Assembly: GCA_963977445.1 (NCBI GenBank)
Contig: CAXBPH010000107.1
Location: forward strand, 1-21,070
Direction: 5' to 3'
Length of the DNA: 21,070 nucleotides
DNA from: an uncultured bacterium
GTDB taxonomy: Bacteria > Hydrogenedentota > Hydrogenedentia > Hydrogenedentales > JAEUWI01
Each line of letters starts with the position of its first letter. Within the stretch, counting starts at the first letter, position 1. Positions 15,135 to 21,070 of this stretch are shown here, piece by piece. Both the position numbers and the translations under genes were made by a program. The notes below the pieces were generated by a model. The model saw nothing but the letters and a program-made list of their open reading frames with translations. It was not told the origin of the DNA and made no database searches.

Positions 15135-17297
15135 ATGATTTTTCCCCTTTATCTGGCCAGTATAGCCATCTCCGCAGGCATTGTGGGTGTTTTTGGACGT
15201 CGACTCTTGTCGATGGCGGGCTATATTCCCAGTTTTGAGTCGGGTCTTGCCGCCGCCGCCATGGTCGCAGGGGGCTATATACTCGTCCAGTGTGCCTTTG
15301 GGGCCCTGATTCAGCTTATTAAGCCCCACAAAGGCACGGGCCCCCACCTCACCGAAATACTCTCTCAATCGGCGGCGTTGGTATTCCTCCCCTATCTCCT
15401 GAATGTGGCCATTCCCTGGCCCCATCCCCAATTGGCCGAAATGGAACCGGTAATCTTTTTTGCCACCTTCGCCGGGCTCCATTGCTTTTTCAAACTGGCG
15501 ACCTTGTTCGCGGCTACCCAGGCCCCGCCTGCCACACAGATTCGCTTGCTGCCCTACGCCCTGGTGGCTGTTGTGGGCTTTCTGGCAGCGCAACAGGGCT
15601 TTGACCGCTGGTATGGCTCGCTCACGGGCGTGCGGGTGGCAGAGACGATGGCCCCGGAACCGGTCCGCATTGGGGATACCTACGCCTGGGCCCGGCCCAT
15701 TACGGAGGGGGTTCAGTATCCACTGGACGCCCGGGTGGGCGAGAAAGAACATCTTACCGTTCGCTGGTCGAAGCCACCGGAACATGGCGATCTGGTCGAC
15801 ACGATATACGTGACTGGCACCTTTTACGGCGAGGGCGACAAGAATACCGCCTTGGGCGTCTGGAAGGATTCCATTACCCTGCAGGAAGACGGCTGGACCA
15901 GTCAACGGATCCCGGAAAGTGCCATCCCGAAGGGTGCCGCGCGCCTGGGGCTGACCTGGCGGCTCGAAGAGGAGTCGGAGTGGGTTCGTCAGACGGGACT
16001 TCGGCCGACCCAGGTATCGGGGAATACCATGTTGCTCTCGGGGCCCTACGTGCACCATGAGCCGAAGTCCTTTGACCGACCCAATATCGTTATTCTCCTC
16101 GTGGAAGGTATGGGGGCCGATCACATGGAGCTTTTCGGCTATGACCGCCAGACGACCCCGGAATTGACGGCCCTGGCCAAGCGCAGCTCGGTCTGGGACA
16201 ATACCTTTACCGCCTGTCCGGATACGATGAGCACAGCCATGACCCTGGTAACCGGTGTCTCCCCCCTTGTCCATGGTATTTCAGATACCCAGCAGCCCCC
16301 GTTGCCAGATGATCTGGTGACCCTGCCCGAACGGATGCGTGAGATTGGCTATGTTACCGTTGCCTTTACAGAGGGCGAAGGTTCCGATGGGCAGGATCTG
16401 GTATTTGGTAGTGGCTTCGAACGGGGCTTCGAGCTGTTTAATCCCGATTATCCAGAGACGGCGGCTTCTGGGAACAGTAGCGGACCCGCCCCGCTGGTTC
16501 CCGAAGGATCCCGGGTGACCCTGCAACGTGCGGCCGATTGGATCGCGAATCATCAGGCGGAAGAGCGCTATCTGGTATTCATCCGACTTCGGGAGCTCCG
16601 CAGGCCCATGGCCTTGAAGCGCTATGGACAAGGTTTTATTAAACCCTGGGAGGCCGTGCCCCAACCCTTGGATGTCTACGACACGGCGCTGCTCCATGTG
16701 GACAAACAGATCAACATATTCACCGAGCGCTTGCGGGGCATGGGGTGTTTCGAAAATACGTGTATCGTTGTCACCTCCCCCTATGGACTCGATTTTTCTG
16801 AGCCGGAGCGGGGTGTCTGGCGGCGTGGTGGTCCCGGTGTGCCACGACTAACCGAGGAATCCATTCGCGTTCCCCTGATAATTTCCATGCCGGAAGGGGT
16901 AGGACGTAATCGCCGTGGAATGGTATCTCTCAACTCGCTGGGTCGCACCCTCGGAGATTTTGCCGGCGTGAGTCTGTCCAGAAGTTCCGAAGTCCGGAGT
17001 TTGCTTGATTTCAGTTCCGACGAAGAACCCGTCACGATTATGGGCAACCCACTGGAGCTGTCCTTGCGCACCCAGGATTGGCGCTACAACTGGCAGTCGG
17101 GACGTGACGCAGCGACGCTGGCCCCGATCGGTGATGCGACGACGGTGGCTCTCTACGACATTTCGGACTACCAGGAAACCCATCAGAACAAGAATTTCAC
17201 GTCGCGTGAGCCGGAGATATCGAAGCGATATCGCGAGCAGCTCGCTACGTACCTCGGCGGATTTGTCCCGCATGCCGGTGCATCCCCATCCGAGTAG
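15135..17297 (+). CDS. Membrane protein with C-terminal alkaline-phosphatase/sulfatase-fold domain (degenerate active site)
   Basis: About 5 N-terminal TM segments, then RPNIVILLVEGMGADH..FGY.R.TTPEL..LA, TLVTG, TLPE.M...GYVTVAF, GFERGF, YD..L..VD, ENT.IVVTS, EE.IRVPLII. Confidence 0.85.
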   Translation: MIFPLYLASIAISAGIVGVFGRRLLSMAGYIPSFESGLAAAAMVAGGYILVQCAFGALIQLIKPHKGTGPHLTEILSQSAALVFLPYLLNVAIPWPHPQLAEMEPVIFFATFAGLHCFFKLATLFAATQAPPATQIRLLPYALVAVVGFLAAQQGFDRWYGSLTGVRVAETMAPEPVRIGDTYAWARPITEGVQYPLDARVGEKEHLTVRWSKPPEHGDLVDTIYVTGTFYGEGDKNTALGVWKDSITLQEDGWTSQRIPESAIPKGAARLGLTWRLEEESEWVRQTGLRPTQVSGNTMLLSGPYVHHEPKSFDRPNIVILLVEGMGADHMELFGYDRQTTPELTALAKRSSVWDNTFTACPDTMSTAMTLVTGVSPLVHGISDTQQPPLPDDLVTLPERMREIGYVTVAFTEGEGSDGQDLVFGSGFERGFELFNPDYPETAASGNSSGPAPLVPEGSRVTLQRAADWIANHQAEERYLVFIRLRELRRPMALKRYGQGFIKPWEAVPQPLDVYDTALLHVDKQINIFTERLRGMGCFENTCIVVTSPYGLDFSEPERGVWRRGGPGVPRLTEESIRVPLIISMPEGVGRNRRGMVSLNSLGRTLGDFAGVSLSRSSEVRSLLDFSSDEEPVTIMGNPLELSLRTQDWRYNWQSGRDAATLAPIGDATTVALYDISDYQETHQNKNFTSREPEISKRYREQLATYLGGFVPHAGASPSE

Positions 17298-17334
17298 AAG
17301 GTGCGTTTTTCCAATCAAGAAGGAATGAATTTAA

Positions 17335-18186
17335 ATGCTTTTAAAACGCGCAAGTATCAGAATCCCAAATGTACTTCTTTTACTGGTGGCCCTAGTGACA
17401 TGTGGCCCGGTTTTTGCCGCGCCCCCCACGCCCTGCTCCTTTGTGCAGCTTTGTGATACCCAATTGGGTATGGGGGGCTACGAATCGGACAAAGAACGTT
17501 TTCGCCTTGCTGTAAAAGCGATTAATGCGATGGACGTGGACTGGGTTGTGATTTGCGGTGATCTGGTCAACAACGGTGGCGATGATGCCGCCGTAGCCGA
17601 CTTTCGGACCATCGTCGAGGGATTTACGATGCCCTGTTATCTGGCACCCGGGAACCACGATGTTCTCAACGAACCGACGGCTGCCTCCCTGGCCCGCTAT
17701 CGGGAGCTTCAGGGCAAAGACTACTTTGCGGTGTCCCAATCGGGCTTCAAGCTCATGATTCTCAATACCCAATTGTGGAAGTCACCCTTGGAAGGCGAAT
17801 CGGAACGTCACAATGCCTGGTACCTCTCGGAATTGGCGGAGGCGAAAGCGTCGGACACCCCCGTGTTGTTGGTGAGCCACTATCCCCCGTTTATCGCAAC
17901 GGTCGACGAAGAAGAAATCTACTACAATCTTCCACAGGAAACGCGTACACGGGTGCTCCAGGCCGCGAAAGAAAATGGGGTGCGTGCGTGGTTGGCGGGC
18001 CATGCACACAAAAATATACTGACCGAGTATGAAGATATCCCCATCGTCATTTCGGCCACCACGAGTAAGAACTTTGACGGTGCGCCCTATGGTTTTCGCG
18101 TGTGGACGTTGAATGAATCGGGTGAGTTGACCCATCGCTATGAAGCGCTGGACCTTCCGGAAGCCTTGACCGTTCCGGATAAATGA
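17335..18186 (+). CDS. Secreted calcineurin-like metallophosphoesterase (CPPED1/CpdA-like)
   Basis: Signal peptide; motifs DTQ, GDLVN, GNHD, SHYP, GHAH. Confidence 0.93.
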   Translation: MLLKRASIRIPNVLLLLVALVTCGPVFAAPPTPCSFVQLCDTQLGMGGYESDKERFRLAVKAINAMDVDWVVICGDLVNNGGDDAAVADFRTIVEGFTMPCYLAPGNHDVLNEPTAASLARYRELQGKDYFAVSQSGFKLMILNTQLWKSPLEGESERHNAWYLSELAEAKASDTPVLLVSHYPPFIATVDEEEIYYNLPQETRTRVLQAAKENGVRAWLAGHAHKNILTEYEDIPIVISATTSKNFDGAPYGFRVWTLNESGELTHRYEALDLPEALTVPDK

Positions 18187-18241
18187 CAATGCGTGGTTTG
18201 CGCCAACGGAGTTGTCGTGAACATGGAACAGGGAATCTCCC

Positions 18242-21025
18242 ATGGGTGTCCTGACTATCGGCCTGGTAATCGCGGCAAGTCTCTTGTCGACGCCCGGTGC
18301 GGTGCAATACATTGACCTCCATGAAGACTGGAGCGTTGAGAGCAAAGGCCCCTGGACGAGCCGCGTCGATCACCGCGAGTTGCTGGCCATGCACCACCCC
18401 TGGGTGCCCAGCGCGTCTGGAAACTTTGTCATGGTTTCGCGGGATGTGGCGGTGCCGGATGATTGGGGTAATTCCGTTACCCTGGTTTTCTACAGTACCG
18501 ATGATTACCACGGTGTCCCCCGGGAGTCCATGCCAGGCTCGGGCTTTGTGGGACATCGGCGGCGTCAGATTCTGGTCAATAGCGTGCCCGTCTGGAGCGT
18601 TGATGTCTCGGATGCCGTCATGCCCGGGACGCCCGCGCCCCACCGCGTCACCATTCCTGTATCCCCCACGGACAGGACCTTACACCTCGCTCTTCTCGCC
18701 TATGACGCGGTCGCTTCCACCGAGCATACGTCGGACGATTTTTACCAACCCCTGAAGGCGGGACAGTCCCGCGATACCGACCCGGACGCCGCGCGCTTTC
18801 GAACAACGATCTATTGGGGCGATCTGGCCCTGGTTTCGGAAGGCACAGAGTTGCCGGTCCGTCCCCGACCTTCCGAAGGCCTCGTAGTAAAGCGGCACAC
18901 CCGCACGTGGCCCCCGGAGCCGGATAGGGAGCGCTGGGCAAAAAACAGTCCGAAATTCAAGATATCTGCGCCCGGTGGCATTCCCGATGAGGGCTTTCCC
19001 CTGGAAATGGGCATTCCCCTTCCCGAAGGCGTCGTAGCGGAGCCCGAGGCCTTTCGTATTGCCGATGGGCGTCAGCGGGCGCTGTATGCCCAGAAAAACG
19101 TGCTCTCCACCTGGCCCGACGGCTCGCTGCGTCTGGTGCTGACGCAGTTTCCCGTAAAAGAAACGACCAAGGAAGTATCCCTCGCTTTTTCGAAGGACAG
19201 TGCCCGTTCGCCTGCTTCGGTCGCGGTAAAGGACAAAGACAACGGCCTGGAGATATTGAGTGGCCTCGTTGGATTGACGGTAGGTCCCGGCGATCCGGTC
19301 ACGGAGATTTCCTTTAAGAATAAAAAGGTGTTTGACCGAATCCGCCTGACCATGGATGTGGCCGGCCAGTTGGTGACGGGGAGCAACGACGACTGGCAGG
19401 TGGTGGAAGAAGGGCCTTTCCACACCCGCCTGCTGTTGCAGGGCCGCTTTGAGAGTCTCGATGCCACACTGGGCAGCTACGCCCTCTATTGCTCCGTCTA
19501 CCAGGGGCTTCCTTATGCCAAATTCTGGTTTCGCTATTTTAACGATACGGACCGTACGCAAGCCGTGTCGAAACTGGATGTCACTTTTGATCTGGTGGCT
19601 CCCCTGAAGAGTCCTTTGTTGCCCCATGGTGTTGTCGAATCGCCCTTCCAACTCGAGCAGATGGCACCCGACACCTATCGTGTTGGTGACACGGCCTATC
19701 CAGTTGAGAAGCCCGCCTTTTTTCAGTGGTCCCAGGGGGCCTTGGTGGTCAAAGACTTTTCCATGCTGCACCCCAAAGCCCTGCGTCTGGACGACGAACG
19801 TCTGGTGCTGTCCCTTGTTGCCGGGGGCACTTCGCCGGTCAGCTTTACGCCGGGCGAAGCGAAGAGTCACGAAATCTGGTTGGCCCTGGGCCCTATTGAC
19901 GGCGCCCAACTTGCTGCCACTGTGGCCCAGCCGCCTCTCCTGGATAATATCGCCTACTACGGGCAATCGGGTGCCTTTGGTCCGGCGGCTCCATTGGGCG
20001 AGGACAATGTGTGGGTGAAGTTCTTGCAAGCGACCTATGGGACGAAGGATTGGGCGGCACTGGGAAACGCAACAGGTGTGCGTCACTATCCCGACGATTA
20101 TTATCTGGGAAATTCGGGCAAATGGTCCAACAACTACGATGACCGAATGACGAGTCTCTGGAGCACCTGGTTGGCCACGGGCGATCGCCTCTGGTACGAC
20201 CGGGCGGTGGCCGTATGCGAACACCTGATGGACGTGGCGGTGGTTCACTCAGACGTGCCGGGACAGAACTGGTTCGGCACGCTCCATGGTCCCGGTGCCA
20301 ATCACGTGGCGGGCCCCTGGAATCCCCAATTGCGTGCCGAGGGCCTGGCGTTATTTGCACAATTAACGGGCAATCCCGAGGCGGAGGCGGCTTTTCTTGG
20401 CGTGGCGGATTATTGCGTGCGTATGGAAGCGGGACGTTCGGGGCCGAATGTTCGCCACTGGGCCGGTCCCTTTTCAACCATTGTGGCGGCCTATCGGGAG
20501 ACCGGTGAGATTCCCATGTTGGAAGCAGGCAATCAGCGCATGGCGGGCATGTTGGCCCGGGTTGATCACCGCCGGGGAACGTGGAATGACTGGCATGCCA
20601 CTTCGACCTATCCGGGTAACATTCCCTGGATGGACGCCCAGCTGGCCCTGCCTCTCTACACCTGGTATCGCCAGACGGGTGATGTGGAAGCGGCCCAGCT
20701 TCTGGTGGGCTTGGCCGAGTCTATGATTTGCGAAAATACCCCTTGGGAAGAACCGGGTGCGATGCGGACCTATTCGCCCGACCCCCACTTTCCCGACACG
20801 ACGGCTTATGACCCGTTCATCATCCCCATGTTGCTTGCGGCCTACGAATTGACCGAGGACACCTTCTTCCGCGATGCGGCCCGTGCGCAATGGAAACGCT
20901 GGCTCGCCCAACCGGAATTTCAGTCGGTCTACAATCTATCGTGGCACATGCCGTGGCTGGGCTCACTTGCGGAAACGTTGACGGACTCCCCGTCCCCCCC
21001 GGAACAAGCGCCAGATAAATCATAG
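18242..21025 (+). CDS. Large secreted PcRGLX/YetA-like (PL26-like architecture) putative polysaccharide-active protein with extra N-terminal beta-sandwich
   Basis: Signal-like N terminus. 'GIPLPEG...WPDGSLR' is the barrel motif of this family, 'VEEGP' and 'PGEAKSHE' mark the supersandwich region, and the C terminus has (alpha/alpha)-toroid repeats (LATGD, QLTGN, RETGE, RQTGD, ELTED). Confidence 0.65.
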   Translation: MGVLTIGLVIAASLLSTPGAVQYIDLHEDWSVESKGPWTSRVDHRELLAMHHPWVPSASGNFVMVSRDVAVPDDWGNSVTLVFYSTDDYHGVPRESMPGSGFVGHRRRQILVNSVPVWSVDVSDAVMPGTPAPHRVTIPVSPTDRTLHLALLAYDAVASTEHTSDDFYQPLKAGQSRDTDPDAARFRTTIYWGDLALVSEGTELPVRPRPSEGLVVKRHTRTWPPEPDRERWAKNSPKFKISAPGGIPDEGFPLEMGIPLPEGVVAEPEAFRIADGRQRALYAQKNVLSTWPDGSLRLVLTQFPVKETTKEVSLAFSKDSARSPASVAVKDKDNGLEILSGLVGLTVGPGDPVTEISFKNKKVFDRIRLTMDVAGQLVTGSNDDWQVVEEGPFHTRLLLQGRFESLDATLGSYALYCSVYQGLPYAKFWFRYFNDTDRTQAVSKLDVTFDLVAPLKSPLLPHGVVESPFQLEQMAPDTYRVGDTAYPVEKPAFFQWSQGALVVKDFSMLHPKALRLDDERLVLSLVAGGTSPVSFTPGEAKSHEIWLALGPIDGAQLAATVAQPPLLDNIAYYGQSGAFGPAAPLGEDNVWVKFLQATYGTKDWAALGNATGVRHYPDDYYLGNSGKWSNNYDDRMTSLWSTWLATGDRLWYDRAVAVCEHLMDVAVVHSDVPGQNWFGTLHGPGANHVAGPWNPQLRAEGLALFAQLTGNPEAEAAFLGVADYCVRMEAGRSGPNVRHWAGPFSTIVAAYRETGEIPMLEAGNQRMAGMLARVDHRRGTWNDWHATSTYPGNIPWMDAQLALPLYTWYRQTGDVEAAQLLVGLAESMICENTPWEEPGAMRTYSPDPHFPDTTAYDPFIIPMLLAAYELTEDTFFRDAARAQWKRWLAQPEFQSVYNLSWHMPWLGSLAETLTDSPSPPEQAPDKS

Positions 21026-21027
21026 TT

Positions 21028-21070
21028 AATCCACCGGCTCTGCCGGTGAGAATTCATCAGACTCTGCCGT
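21028..21070 (+). mobile_element. Hairpin at window edge, possibly an IS200/IS605-type subterminal end (or a simple terminator)
   Basis: CACCGG-CTCTG-CCGGTG hairpin immediately after the stop codon, with no U-tract. It resembles the subterminal palindromes I associate with IS200-like elements. No transposase is visible in the window. Confidence 0.3.

Noticed and set aside
15039..16274. 411-aa minus-strand ORF opposite the sulfatase-like gene
   Set aside because: Shadow ORF, Gly/Arg-rich, with no motifs.
18680..20248. 522-aa minus-strand ORF inside the 927-aa gene
   Set aside because: Antisense shadow ORF with no domain features; the plus-strand protein has coherent family motifs.
1..21070. 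CRISPR arrays, integrases, phage or defence genes
   Set aside because: No regularly spaced repeats or matching protein motifs were seen by eye.

Overview
GC-rich bacterial chromosomal region. The DUF1559 protein's style ([14 protein letters not shown]...[18 protein letters not shown]) suggests Candidatus Hydrogenedentes or a PVC-like lineage; this is inference. From left to right the window holds: (1) the 3' part of a large VWA/BACON-like surface protein with a terminator; (2) two small Cys-rich genes, a single-TM protein and a FYDLN-like zinc ribbon with acidic tail; (3) a secreted hypothetical and an atypical stand-alone receiver, transcribed divergently; (4) a minus-strand unit of a DUF1559 prepilin-type/H-X9-DG gene plus a GH123/DUF4091-like gene, behind a clear sigma70 promoter and a ~230-nt structured leader; (5) a tightly coupled minus-strand operon: secA, membrane-anchored transglutaminase-like protein, ABC ATPase, large ABC permease, yjbQ; (6) a plus-strand cluster of a degenerate membrane sulfatase-fold protein, a metallophosphoesterase and a 927-aa PcRGLX/YetA-like secreted protein. 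A hairpin at the right edge may be an IS200/IS605-type end. I found no rRNA, tRNA or CRISPR array. The best candidates for undescribed biology are the secA-coupled transglutaminase/ABC module, the DUF1559 leader RNA with an orphan extended Shine-Dalgarno hairpin, and several apparent pseudo-enzymes.
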